Below, piece after piece: positions 25,905 to 40,290 of a stretch of 64,000 nucleotides of DNA. Origin of the DNA: the human T2T-CHM13v2.0 reference genome, Homo sapiens. Every line of letters begins with the position of its first letter. The first letter of the stretch is position 1. The stretch is from the NCBI RefSeq assembly GCF_009914755.1, contig NC_060937.1, one strand, 5' to 3'. The notes beneath the pieces were generated by a model. That model was not told the origin of the DNA, made no database searches, and saw nothing but the letters and a program-made list of their open reading frames with translations. Made by a program: the position numbers and the translations under genes.

Positions 25905-26065
25905 TGTGGTACAATAGAAAAACACTGAGCTGGGAGCAGAAAATTCCAGTTCTAGTCCCAATTCTGCCAGTAACTTGCCATCGGCCTTTGAGAAAGTCCC
26001 CTTCACAGCCCACACCTTAACCACCTGACCTGTAAATGAAAATGCTGGTAAATGATTTTCTCTGC
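25905..26065 (+). mobile_element. MIR fragment
   Basis: GTTCTAGTCCCAATTCTGCCAGTAACTTGC...CTGTAAATGA. Confidence 0.55.
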
Positions 26066-29000
26066 TCGAAGTTTTTCTGATGTGGAAACTGTATAGCTCT
26101 GTCTGGATCCTACCTGGGTGACTGGAAGTCCGACATTGCCTGAAGTAGGCTTGGTGTATACCTTGTGTCTTAGCATCAATACTAATGGCATCTTCTTTCA
26201 GAACCAAAGGTGTGCGCATTTGGGCAATAAATCATATGAGTATCCTGTGCTTCACCAATATTTGTTTGTTGGGTCTTCTTGGCTGAGTCAGACTCAAGAA
26301 AAACCTTACCCTTGTCTCAGTAGTGGGTACCAGCTGGAGTGACCTCTTCCAGACACAGGAGGTTCTTGCTGTCTTGTTGCTGAGCTGCTTGGCTCTTACC
26401 TGCTGCCACATTTCTGGCCCATCTCACCTGGTTCTCTCCTCACATCTTACACCTTGAATATGAAATGTCCTGCTGCTTAAATTGAGAAACAATTCTGCTT
26501 CGCCTTTTGGCTTCCCAAAAAGGAAATTATTTCAGCTGGACTGTGAAAAGAAGACAGTAATTAATGTAAAGAAAAAGTAGTTTGATATAGTACTGCTGAT
26601 TCAAAGACATAATATGCTGTAATGTAGTCATTCCTAGTCCTATTAGATTTGATGCTATTTTTCATCAAATTACCTACAATCATAATATAATTATATCAAT
26701 ACTGACTGAATATAACAAAAATTAATTTTAAAATATGGAGCTAGATCAAGAAGTGAGATGTTGAAACAAAATCTTCTGCCACTCAATTTCGAGTATCTCT
26801 AAACATACTCTTTCATTCTCTTGCTATCATATAAAAAAGTTACACGAATCACTATGTGAAATAAAATTGTTTTCACTATAAAACAAAGCAATGATCTATA
26901 GAAATAAAACATAAAAAGAAGATAGTTTTACCTTATTCTTTTTAATAGGTTAAAATGGACTATATAATTTTATTATACTCTTAATTTGCTTAGCAAAACG
27001 TTTCCTCCCAGATACTGAAAGAAAAACTTTAGCTCAGGCCAGATTTAATAATCCTAAACTTTCTGAATGTCATCTGAAAAATTAAACAATCAGTCAAATT
27101 CTCTAATCTGTGTTTCTGGTTCAAAATCCTCTTCCCCGTCTTTCTAGGTAAACTTCAGCTATTCAATCCAGAAAACGTAGTATGTTAATGATTGAACAAA
27201 CATCAGAAGACTGGCATCCTATTCAAAATACTGTTTCTGCACTCTGCTCATGGGTTTGAAACAAATAATTTCTCAGTAGTAATTGCTTGCTTTCCAGAAA
27301 GAGCTACGGTTCAAGAAGAAGGGTTGGTGGGAAACTTGTACTAGTTACAAACCTGATTGGCTAACATCTATTTTAGAATCCTTTGGGACAACATTGAGGT
27401 TGGTTATATTGGCTAAAAGATCATATTTCTGGGAACTTGCCAACCAGAAACTCAAATGAAAGCTTGTGCCCTGGAAGCTCTGAAACAAAGATATCAAAGT
27501 AATACTGTGTCCCTTCATAGTGCCTGCTCCGTGGTCAGGAAATGACGCTAGGTGACACTGGGAAGACCCAAGGCCTGGCAGGGCCTTGGCTGGTCTACAC
27601 CCTAAAGAGGAAGAAACCACCAGCATCTTTTATTTGATTCAGTTCAGTTTAAAATATCATCCCATCTGTGCCAAAAAGGGGCAATTTGATCTTACGAGCA
27701 AACAACAAAAGGAATTTTGCATTAGAGGATTAAAAAAAAAAACTGTTTGTTAGTTTCTTACACTTCCTGCAAATATCTTAGTTTGAAATGCTAAATGTTT
27801 TTAGGACACTTTAACTTTATTTTAGATGTGTATTAAGTACAAATCTTTTTTATGATATTGGGCATTTATGCTCAATCTCTTTTCTGTTAATAATTTTTCT
27901 TATTTGATTATTTTTAAAAAGAAAAAGAAAACAAATGTCTCTTTGTCCAGTGTCTGGTTCCAGATATTTTACTTTTAAATGTTTACCTAAGGAAAAAAGA
28001 ATGAGATTGCTATTTGCCAAGCCTGGAAGGATGGAATTTGCTATTTGTTTACGGAAGTCATTGGTGCTACTGCCTTACCTGCTACCCACTGCCCTACGCA
28101 ACCACTTTCTCATTCTTCAAAAGTTTCACTGACATGAACCTCACTTGTGGGTGCCAGGTTATGACCACATGCATAGTTTCATCTTCATCTTATGCAACAT
28201 TTGGGGTAAAAGGAAGGTTATGTGGTAACCAGTTTATGACTTGAACTATAGGCAAAGATTGACCAGACCAAGCCCTGAGACACAGTGTTGAGAGCCAAGA
28301 CATAAAGTTGTGAAGATTCAGACCCAGAGCCCAGCAGGGCACAGGCTGGAGGGGTGATGTGAGTGATCAGTAACACCATGAAGACTCTGCTCCTGGGTCA
28401 GGAATGCTTTTTTGTCCCTGTTTTTGGATTTTCCACCATGATCAGGTATGTTTGCTCACCTCAGCTGGGAGCCTGAGTGGGAGTTGGGGGACTATGGATG
28501 TTCTCTGCCACTGACTGGAGGGGAGCACAGCCAAGAATCATGAGCACTTTTGCCTTCATGACTGTATTTTCTTATGGTTAGAAACAAAACTAAACAATTT
28601 AAATAACTCTGCTTAATGGAAGTCAGGAAAGAGAAAAGGCAGCTATGAAGTGTTGTTGTTACAGACTGTGCATGGACCCTAATGGTCACCTAAATGTGAG
28701 AGGAGGCTAGGCACTGAGAATGCCATGTGCAAGGAAATAATAAAAGCAAGTCCTCCAAGACATTTCCCACAGACTCAAATATTTTCGAAGTAACAAAAAT
28801 AAGAAGAGTGCCCTTTTTGAGTCCAAAATTGGCATGAAGTGAACTGGTTCTATGCTTGCTGTAATTGTTGTTCAAGGAGGAAGGGGGGAAGCCATTGAAT
28901 GTGTTCAGTGAGCTAGAAAGGTAACTTTCTTAACTGGAAGAAAATGATCAAGGGTGAGAAGTCAGGAGGAAAGAGATGTTTTTGACCAGGTCTCATTCTT

Positions 29001-29964
29001 CTCCCTCTGTGTCTGACCTTGAAAAGGAGAGATTGCAGAATAGGAAAAAAAAAAAAAAGTTTGAACCTTCCCAAGAGATGGGTAAACAGCTCTCCTTCAG
29101 AAGAGGATGAGCTGTCAAGGATACTGGCTGTGTGACATCTCACAAAGGTAGAAACACTATTAGGCCATCACTGGGATTTTAGTTTACAGGACTCTATTCT
29201 CCTTCCCTCAAAACTTTGACAAGATGCAACTTCTTTCCTGAGCTAAACTGTTGTGTTGGTTGTAGTATCTTGTCTTATGCCTCATTACTCACTATCAGAG
29301 CTCAGTGATGAAATGATAGAAAACTTGAGTCAGTGATGGGGACTACTTGAGACTGAACGGGCAACAAAATGAAACCTTCAGAAGCCTTCTGGAAAGAGGG
29401 ACAGGAGAGGAAGCAGTGGAGGAAATTTCATGCAGGGCTCCTGGAGGTGCCATAAACAGGATAAAGATCTGGGACTTGTCTGTAATCAAAAAGCACAGGG
29501 GATAACTCAAAAGTGCTCAAGGAGGGGAAAGAAAGCAGACTTGGTCTTCTTGCAGTAGCACTGGCTGGTAATGGTTGAAATGTGAATGATCACATTCTAG
29601 TTAGGCACATTTCTTCAACTTTCATTCCATATTGTGTTGTACCTTATATATCTGAAAAATTTAATATGAAAATGAAATTGCTTTTTGATTTTTTTTATTT
29701 TAAAGAGCATAATCAACTGTGTTCCTGCTTCCTCCAGTTTCTCCTAATGAAGGAAAGCCTGTCTGCAGACCTCTGTACTTGTAGCTGATACCTGTGTATA
29801 CACAGTGGGGTACATTATAATTTCAGAGTTAGTGCACTTTCATAAATTATTTAACAAATAATCAGCCTCCATAAGATTGGTCTTGAATATCCATACCTGT
29901 TAAGTGATGGCAACTCTCAAACCCTAGGAATAACAAATACCCACTCAGTTCATCAAGAAATAAT

Positions 29965-30185
29965 TAATGTAAGTTTGGGAGCAGAGAGATGTGTGGGCTC
30001 AAATCCCAGTTGCAGAGAAACCACCGTGTCACCTGTAACCTCTGAGAGCTTAGTTTTCCCATTCATATTAACTATAATTTCTAAGAAGCTATACTGTTGT
30101 AGGAATTACATATGATGTATGCTAAGTGCTAGCACAGTGACATACAGAGCTTTGGAGCCTCAGTTAATGCTCATTACTGTCATTA
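29965..30185 (+). mobile_element. MIR
   Basis: GGGCTCAAATCCCAG...AACCTCTGAGAGCTTAGTTTTC...AAGTGCTAGCACAGTG. Confidence 0.6.
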
Positions 30186-30384
30186 CAGCATACCATGAGA
30201 CCATTCCTATTTTTAGAAATATAGGTACTAGATACATGGGGGATCTTAAATCTAGTTGTTTTAAAGTCCCATTGGTCATCTAAATATAAAGTCATAGCAT
30301 TCTTGAAAGTGGTTTTCAGAAATACCAAGAACTACAAGATTTCTACTTAAACTAGAAATAGTTTTGGTCTCACATAAGGTGACC

Positions 30385-30578
30385 AACTGGGGCTCCCAAG
30401 GTGAGGTCCCCGGACCAGAAGCATTAGCTTTACCTGGAAGTTTAGGAATGCAAATCCGTGTCTCCCAGCCCAGACCTAATGAGTCACAAACTCTGGCTGG
30501 AGCACGAAGTATGTGTTTGAATAAATTCTCCAGGTGATTTTGATGCACGCAGCATGCTAACATTTAAGAAATCCTGGT
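30385..30578. mobile_element. MER5A (hAT-Charlie)
   Basis: GGTCCCCGGACCAG, GAATGCAAAT, CCCAGACCTAATGAGTCA, CTCCAGGTGATTTTGATGCAC. Confidence 0.75.
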
Positions 30579-33500
30579 CTATAATGTTTCACTTATGCCA
30601 AACTAAGACATTTTACAGAGGGGAAAAGAAAAAAAAAAGCAATAAGCCTGTTTCAATTTCTCTAGGACACATGCGTCAGTACTTTTATAGCTGATAGTCT
30701 GTCCCCATCACTAAAATGACTCAAGTTTTCTATCATTTCATCACTGAGCTCTGACAGTGAGTAATAAGGCATAAGATAAAATGCTACAACCAACACAACA
30801 GATTAGCTCAGCAAGGAAGTTCCATCTTGTCAAAGTTTTGAGGAAACGAGTTTTGAGGAAAGGAGAATAGAGTCCTGTAAACCAAAACGCCTAATAGTGA
30901 TGGCCTAATAGCGTTCCTACCTTTGTGAGATGGCTCACAGTCAGTATCCCCAATAGGGACTAGAGTAGGAAGTATATGGGTAGGGTCAGATAATATTTCT
31001 GAAAGGAAACACCCAGGAGTATCCCAAGTTAATGACATTTTAGACCCTCCAACAACCACACAAGTCAGCTCCTTGGAAAGACTCTGGTTACTTTTACAAA
31101 GCAAACCAGGAGAATTTTCATAATACCTGATAACTATGTAAGACTTGGAATATTTGAATTTCTAGGACATGGGATTGTGCAACCATTCATTTTATCCCAT
31201 AATATTGAAATCTCCCTCAGATAAGCCTCTCGGCACCTAATAGAGTTTTCTTAGTGAAGGGCTACCTTTCTGTGGGTAACAGGGAAGGGCAAAATAAACA
31301 ACCAAATAATATCATAATCACGAGTGTCAATGATTGCTGGAACAGGTGGGGGTTGGTCATTAAATTCTAGTTGTTTCCACTATTCCAGTAGGAGTTGTGT
31401 GAATGTTAGCAAAAGACCAGGGTGTTACGATCTGACTGTGTTTCATCAATTGCCTTGACTTTTGGATGAAATGCGATTTGAGGACATATCATTATTAGAT
31501 TTGCCACAGATTCCAATTTTTTTCTCTAATATGAGGCTAACCATGATGTCCTTTCCCAGGAAGGACAATCTCTCCTTTATCAGGGAAAAATCAGTAGGGG
31601 CTTCCTCAATTTTCTCCTTCATCCCCACCACAGAGTCATAGAGGTCAAGTCCTTTTCTTGTGAAACCTAAAAAATGCAAATTCCAAGGTTGCTGCTATGG
31701 TGTACTAATTTTGTCACAGTGACATGCCCTGTCACAGGGCGTATGTGTTCTGTTATACAGTTGAAATATTGGTTATACTATTGAAATGTTTTTGTACTAT
31801 TGAAATCCCAAATAAACTTAATTCTAAAAGAAGCATGACCTCAACAGCCTCACACCTACTTATATCTTGTAGTTCTTTCTGTCTAATGCTGGCAATCTAA
31901 GCATGTTCCAGGCAAGCAACATTCAATAGCGTTTTACTGCTCCAATAAGTTGGTTCAATTAGCAATGTCAAAGGCAGTCACTAAATAGATAGTGTATAAC
32001 CTTCATACAATCTCGTATTATTTTCCACTAATTACTATAGAAAAATCGATGAAGTTTCATTACAATGGAATAACTTCAATCACACTTCAAAAACTACATA
32101 CGGAAGATAGCCACAACTTGCTGCTCTCAAAAAACACAGAGATGGCATCTTTACTTTGTTTCAAATCCCCAACCCTGGTGGCGGTCCAAAGTTATGGCAG
32201 TTATAACCCCTTATGTCATTATAAGGAGGAAGGGTAAATATTAAGTCAACATCCTTTAAAGCTAAGAGTATGACTACAGTGGGGTGGAATTTGGGACTTC
32301 ATGCCCACTCCCTGTTTCTGTTCTATTTTACCTTTCCTGACCTCTAAGCCAACAGGAGAGGGGGAAGGGCCACACTTTTGTGACCCTTGTTAAAGAATTG
32401 TGAGTTTAGGAAACAAAGATGGACTTCTGAGGGGGTAGTTGAGGATGGGCTGAAGGCACAGAAGAAACCAGCTGGTGTGCCCCTCTCCCCACTAGCAGAC
32501 CCTTCTTCCTCATTGGTTCAGGGCAAACAATCCCCCAAAAATTCAAGAAAACTAACTTAGAGTTATTTTCTGTTATTTCTCTTTTCCTTGATCTGGAGCC
32601 AATGCAGAAAGAAATCTAAAGGTGAAGGAAAGGCAGCGTTCAGCACTGAGCAAGTCCATGTTGGAGAAAGGTAATATCATCATTGCCTATACCCAAGAGA
32701 AGGGACCAAGATGCCCTGGATGATGCTCAGCATCACCTGGGACTATGACTGTCCCCTGTCATCATTAGCATTGCTGAGCTCAAGCTTTGAGCCAGGAATT
32801 AGGCCAAAATCTCCATGGATCTGTCTAACTTAGCCTTTGCCTCCATGACAGCTTGTTACATCCCGAGGTAGAATCTTTGTAAACCCTGTGTTCAAAGGGC
32901 CCTGTTAAGGCACATCTTCTGCCTTGGACCAGAAAATTGCTTAAGCACAGAGCCTAAAGGCAGAGCTGCCATGATCTGCTCATGGGGATTGACTACTTAT
33001 TGAAGGCAATGTCACACACCTGTTTGTCATTTTCACTTCCAAATGAAGAGTCATGCTGCACATCAGTGAGAAATGTTCAGCTCTCACCTGTCAGCTGTTT
33101 GTTTGTTTTTGCTCTCTTTCTATGTGAGAAGACATTTAATCATGGACCTATTGGGCAAGCAACATTGTGTGGCCTCTGAAGGCTGAGCTTTTAGTTCTCA
33201 TCAGAACAAATGTAAAATAATTGAATAACGAAATCTGAAAGATTGTTGTTTCAAGTCTAAAAATATTTTATCCCTTTCTTACCTTCTCTAAATAGTATTG
33301 TACATTGAAGGCAAAATAATAACTTCAGATACTAAAAAGTTTAACATTGTTTACATGTTCAAATTTCTATTTTGTAGTTCCTTTAAAGGGCCTAATTACT
33401 ACAACCAAATCATACAATTAAAAAGTTTTTATGCTGCTGAAATAATCACATCAGATGTATTGCTTCCAATAGGATAAATATTCTCAAAGATTCAAGCTAT

Positions 33501-33699
33501 GAAGACCAAATCTACAGAAGATAGCAACTCAGTAAGACTTATTTATACAAGTTTAGTTTTATTGCCAATATCCATGAGATATTTTAAAATCAACTTAAAT
33601 ATTTGTAATAAAGGATTACAGACTAGGAAATATATTTCTTTAATAAAAATAACTCACGAAAGTTGAATTGTGACTAAGAGGAAGAGAAAAGAAGGAAAT

Positions 33700-33925
33700 A
33701 AACTAACAATTGTTAAATACTTATTAGGTGCAGAGATTTATATACTTTACATCATTTAACTGTTAAAAGAGTCCTGTGAAGTGGGTGTTATGACTATTGC
33801 TTTGAAGTTGAGGGAATTGAAGCTCAGAGAATTTGAGTAACTGAACCAAAGTCATATAGCTAGTAAGTGAAGAACTAGGATTCAAATCTAGATCTGTATG
33901 CTTCCAAAATTCACTCTCACTCTTT
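33700..33925 (-). mobile_element. MIR (MIRb-like)
   Basis: GAAGCTCAGAGAATTTGAGTAACTGAACCAAAGTCATATAGCTAGTAAGTG...GGATTCAAAT. Confidence 0.7.
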
Positions 33926-34213
33926 GTATGAGAGGCCAATTAAAAACCCCCTACGTCCCTCTGAATTTGAACTCAATTGAGAAATAAAACAGAGAGATGC
34001 AGATCAAAGCACTCATTTTCTCACTAATAAAAATGACTGGAAAATGTGGCTTTCGATGTGTGACTAATTTGCTTGCTGTAGTTCACAGGGAATTGGAAAT
34101 CCTTGTCTTCGTGGTTCCTGGCTCAGCAGGACCCCTGTGGGGCCTCTCCCTCTCTTGGGAAAGAGATTGCTCTAGAAGGTTTACTACACCAGTGAGGAGA
34201 AGATGAGCGCAAG

Positions 34214-35140
34214 GGGGATTGGCCGGCTGAGGGCGAAATCAAGACTGGAGCCAAGTGCGCTGAGCTCTCACATGAGGTCCTTTGCTCCTGTTCCCTGGAG
34301 GCATAAGTGGCTGGGGTAGAGAGAAGCAGGGGTATTTCTTCTGTCCTTTCTTGCTTAGGGATTGGGGGTGGAAATCTCCCCACATCTAAGGAAATTTGAA
34401 AAGACAAACTATGGCTGCTTCTTCAAGCAAACCACCTCACCACACTATCCAGGGGATAAAACCCGCTTGCTGCTGCTAAATTATGCCAAGAGAGAACATT
34501 CTGATATTTCTCCTCAATTCTAGGCATGACAGCGTGACTTGGTGCTTAAAGGCATGGAGTTTTGAGTTGCAGACCTAGGTTTGAGTGCTGAATCTACTAG
34601 CTTCAGGGTGTTAAAAAAGTTTCTTAATCTCTCTAAACCTTATTTTTCTCAAAGATAAAAAACTGGGTGTAGTTGTGAGTATAGTGAATGCACATAGTAT
34701 GTGCCTTTGGCATGTTAATTCACTATTATTCTGGACATAATTTCTCCTAAGAAAAAGGATGAACTAATTGCAGGGCCTAGCCTAAGCTCTGAGAAGTCAT
34801 TCGTTATAGCATTTCAGTCCATAGTAAACAAGAAGAAATGAGGTAAAGAGTTTAAACCAGGGAAGGCATAGCTGTGGTCACCAAACAACCTGTTAAAGGC
34901 GAGCTGTAGGCACCAAAAAACCTATTATGGACTGAATTGTGTTCCTCAAATTCATATGTTGAAGTGCTAACCCCAAGTACCAAATGTGACTGTATTTGGG
35001 GATAGGGTCCCTGAAGAAGTCACTCAGCTGGAAGGAGTCATATTGGATTAGGTGTTGGGAATTGGCTGGCCAAGGGAGAAATCAAGGCTGGAACCAAGTG
35101 CTGAACTCTCACATCAGGTCCTTTGCTCCTGTTCCCTGGA
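34214..35140 (+). repeat. Dispersed direct duplication, 34214-34299 versus 35057-35140
   Basis: Manual alignment: 75 of 84 positions identical plus one 2-nt gap; last 25 nt identical (AGGTCCTTTGCTCCTGTTCCCTGGA). Confidence 0.92.
34520..34730 (+). mobile_element. MIR
   Basis: CAGACCTAGGTTTGAG...CTTAATCTCTCTAAACCTTATTTTTCTC. Confidence 0.6.
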
Positions 35141-35400
35141 CCCTAATCCAATATGACTGGCATCTTTATATGAAGAGGAAGAGGCACCAGAGGGTACACA
35201 CGCAGAGAAAAGGCCATGTGTGGACACAGTAAGATGACGGACATCTGTAAGCCAAGGAGGGAAACCTCAGAAGAAACCAGCCTTGCCTGCACCTTGATCT
35301 TGGAGGTCCAGTCTCCAGAACTGTGAAAAAAATGAACTGGTGTTGTTTAAATCCCCCAGTCGTGGTATTTTGTCATGGTGGCCCTAGAAGACAATATACA
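34923..35400 (+). mobile_element. Solo MaLR LTR, MLT1B-like, carrying a non-MLT insert at about 35053-35140
   Basis: TATTATGGACTGAATTGTG...CCCTAATCCAATATGACTGG...CTCCAGAACTGTGA...ATACA. Confidence 0.85.
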
Positions 35401-36755
35401 ACCCAAAGGAATATTCTTTCCACTTTCTCCCTCTTCCACTTTATAGTTTTTTCTCCTTCGTTTCTTTCTTTTTCTCTTTTACTTTCCTTTTCTTCTCTTC
35501 TCTTTCCTCTGGTTTTTAATTTTAATTTTAATTTTTGGCCTTCCTATACCTCCATTTGCCTCTCCAGGAAGCTGAATTCCAGACAATTAATCATTCATCT
35601 CATCAGTTCAGCAAAGCAAATGCCCTCAATGGTTTCTTTTGTGATTCGATTATTATGGGATCAGAATGTATCTTATTCCTCTGGGAAAAATGAAACATAA
35701 AAATTTCAGAAATAAGGTTTTGGGCCAGCTTCATTGGTTTTAAGAGAAGGAAGGGAGGAGACTCATGCAGGTTTGACGCTGAGCAGCACCATGTGGTTGG
35801 GCCTGGCAGGCACTCGAGGCTTTAGGTCTTGGTTTGAATCCAGACTAGAAAATCATTACTTATTAAAAGCCTTGAGGATATGGGTCTAGGAAAGTCTATG
35901 TGAAGAGATAATAGTTTGGAAAAAGTTTTGCAGAACTAAAGAAAAGTTTCCACAGTTACCTTTTCTGTCCTAATGTAGAGCATCTTTGTTAACTAGGTCT
36001 TGGATCAATCCAAGCTGTGTCTGAGAATAACCATTTATAATTTCTCACTGGCCAGCACTAACACCCTTTAGAAAAGGAACTCAAAGCAGCCCTAGCAGCC
36101 AGAGTCATGCGATCATGGTGGGAGTACAGCTCCTCACCAAGGTCAGCTCCTCAGTGAAATCCATGCCTTCTGGAGGACTGCTTGTAAATAAATATTAAGC
36201 ACAACCATTAAAAAATAATTTGGCTGTGACCATCAAATAGTGAAAGAGTGTATCAATTTCATTATTATATAAGCATACATGACCAAATTCAGCTAGAGTG
36301 GAGTCTTGGCTCAAGTACCAAGCTTGGATTTCCCCAAGGAACACTTTCCCATAATTCATAATGAAAATCTTTCCATTTACTGTGGTTCAACTATTTGCAG
36401 AATTTTCAGGCTGGGCTCAGTGGCCCTAAATTTATGCATGCTGGTATACTGAGAAGATCACCATGTTACAGAGGCTCTTCTCTCCCAGTTTACTCCTGGA
36501 GTCTATTTAATTTGCAGCTCTAACTCTGCGTTCCCAGGATTGCATCAGTTGGACTTTCCTCACATCTCAGCAGCCGCAGTTGGGTTGAAATGAGATACTC
36601 CCATCTCTGGTCACTGTGCTCTGGCCCTCCAGGACATTCCTCTCACCCGCTGCCCACAGCATAGCTGCTGAGAGTCCTCTGCCCAGGAGTCCCAAGTGAG
36701 AGGACAGTCTTGACTCTGCCTGCCCCCCTTTAGTGACATCCTTCAGGGATTCCTC

Positions 36756-37477
<722 letters not shown>

Positions 37478-37756
37478 TCAGGGACCTTGCTGACCCTGCC
37501 TCTCTGCTCACACACACCATACAGGGTCACCTGGTGGTGACTGCTAAAAGTAACAAGCTACCATTTGTCTTGGATTCCAAACCAATTCAGAAGAACCCTG
37601 GGAGCCGCATGACTATGAAGAACTATTTCTCACCATGGAAATTACAGCAGAACATTCACTGGGATCGTTGTTTGTTATGAAACAGGTACTAGACTTAACT
37701 GGCTTTGAAGGGTAGAACATATTTTAGAATATCTGTTATATGGTTCATTAGACTTT

Positions 37757-38486
<730 letters not shown>

Positions 38487-39249
38487 AAAATTGCCTTTAC
38501 AGAAAAAGATACTGAATTGTACATTGTGCTTACCAAAATCCAGCTCTAAGAGTCCATCGTGTACCTGATATTTTTTCCAAGTTGAAAATGAATCAGGGGG
38601 TTGAAGTCACTTGAAAGAAAAAATTTTTTGAAAAAAACTCTGTTACGTCTAAATTGTAGCAACTCCTCCTACCCTCATATACAATGCCAGCTGAGCTTCT
38701 GACAAGCTGCTCAATATATATCTAAAGTCAGAATCGAGATTTTGTACTATGATATAAGGCTGAGTTATAGTGAAGAGAGAGCAGGGAGACTTTGCTCATT
38801 ATCCTGCATTAGTCAGACTAGATTTACAGCTCAAAAGAACAGTCACGGTAACTGAAGTGCAGACCAGGAACTTGAACTGATGAAAATCACTTCTATTTAA
38901 ATGAACACTAAGAAGCTTACTGCATATAGTTGTTATAATAGCCTTAAGAAGATCACTTTGCCAAATGTTTCCATCCAAAAAGAAATAAGCCAGACTAGAA
39001 ACAATCTGGAAAACTCTACTTTTTCTGTATTTCCTTTTCCCATGAGGATGGGAGAGCTCAGGATGTGGAGAGGAGCTGACAGAACTCATCTGTGTCTGAA
39101 TCTAGAGAATTGCAAAGAGGTGGAAGAGGCAGGTATTGCTAACAAGGCAGAGGGCATGAAAAATTTCAAGGCAATTTTTAAATTGTATGGGCGCTTGGAT
39201 TATTTGAGCATGCCTAGCAGGTTATGTTAATGCCTTAAACAATGTTTGT

Positions 39250-39480
39250 CAGGAAGCACCATAGCAGTTAAGTTACCAGCATGGACCTGAGAACCAGACA
39301 GACTTGTGAATGAGTCTCTCTTTTGGCTCCATGAGTAAAGAAGTTAATTTTCCTACATTTCATCACGTCTAAGTCGGTGCTTATAAGAGTACCTATTACA
39401 TAGACTTGTTAAAAGGCTTCAATCAGATAACACATGCAAAATGAATGGCAAATAATAAGTGTTCAATAAAACTTAGCAAT
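39250..39480 (+). mobile_element. MIR
   Basis: ATAGCAGTTAAG...CCAGACAGAC; AGATAACACATGCAAA...TAAGTGTTCAATAAA. Confidence 0.55.
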
Positions 39481-39584
39481 TAACTAGAAACCTTTTACTG
39501 ATTTATTTGATTTTTGCCTTTGGAACATATAAAGACTACTTTCTAATGACTTAGCTAATGCAAAGACAATATAAAAATCTACCT

Positions 39585-40030
39585 CTTCAGAGATGCACTG
39601 TAAGAAGGACTTGACCTGTTGTTCCTGACATTGAAGATGGAGGGAGACACCAGGAACCAAGGAATGAGGATGGCTTCTGGAAGGTGGAAAAAGCAAGGAA
39701 ACATTCTCCCCCAGACCCTCCAGAAAGGAACTCAGCCCTGCTGACATCTTTGTTTTTCTTTTCTCTTTTGAGTAGAGATGAGGTCTCCCTATGTTGTGGA
39801 GGCTGGTCTCGAACTCCTGGGCTCAAGTGATCATCCTGCTTCGACCTCCCAAAGTGCTGGGATTACAGGTGTGAGCCACAGCACCTGGCCTCCTATGGAC
39901 ATCTTAATTTTAGTCCAGTGAGATTCATATTTGAATTTCTGACCTACAGAACCACAAGGCAATAACTTTGTGTTGTTTTAAGATGCTGAATTTTTGGTTT
40001 TTTGTTACGGCAGCCCAAGAAAAGAAATAT
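39585..40030 (+). mobile_element. MaLR LTR 3' part, MLT1D-like, interrupted by a FLAM
   Basis: TGAAGATGGAGG...CAAGGAAACATTCTCCCCCAGACCCTCCAGAAAGGAAC...TTCTGACCTACAGAAC. Confidence 0.8.
39751..39890 (-). mobile_element. Free left Alu monomer (FLAM_C-like)
   Basis: Single Alu arm ending CCTGGCC; degenerate TSD ending GACATCTT at 39736-39750 and 39891-39905. Confidence 0.85.
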
Positions 40031-40149
40031 AGCATTGTATTACATCAAAAAAAATGTCTACCTTTTCAGTGGAATTTGCACTGTACAATGTTTAGGCACA
40101 ATGCTCAGGGGTTTGTGTCCCTGGCTTTGAGGATGGAGGCAGATGGTGA

Positions 40150-40290
40150 AGTTTAAGGGAAAAGGGAAGAGGGTAAAAGAGGAAGAGAACCAAGTGGTCA
40201 TAAGGGAGAGAGGTGAGGAAGACAAATGAGGACAAGAGAGGGAGAAGGAGGAAGAAGGAAGGAGAGTGGGGAGAAAGAAGGAAAAAGAGG
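40150..40290 (+). repeat. GA-rich low-complexity tract
   Basis: Strongly purine-biased sequence. Confidence 0.6.

Noticed and set aside
26560-27000. AT-rich segment vaguely resembling a hAT transposase 3' region
   Set aside because: No TIRs or convincing translation found; cannot be supported without a search
30834-30861. AGTTTTGAGGAAA repeated twice in near tandem
   Set aside because: Ordinary short local duplication with no further structure
35323-35700. 125-aa hydrophobic ORF as a membrane protein gene
   Set aside because: Starts at a GTG inside the MLT1B LTR; the F/S/L-rich part is a T/C-rich tract; no recognisable homology
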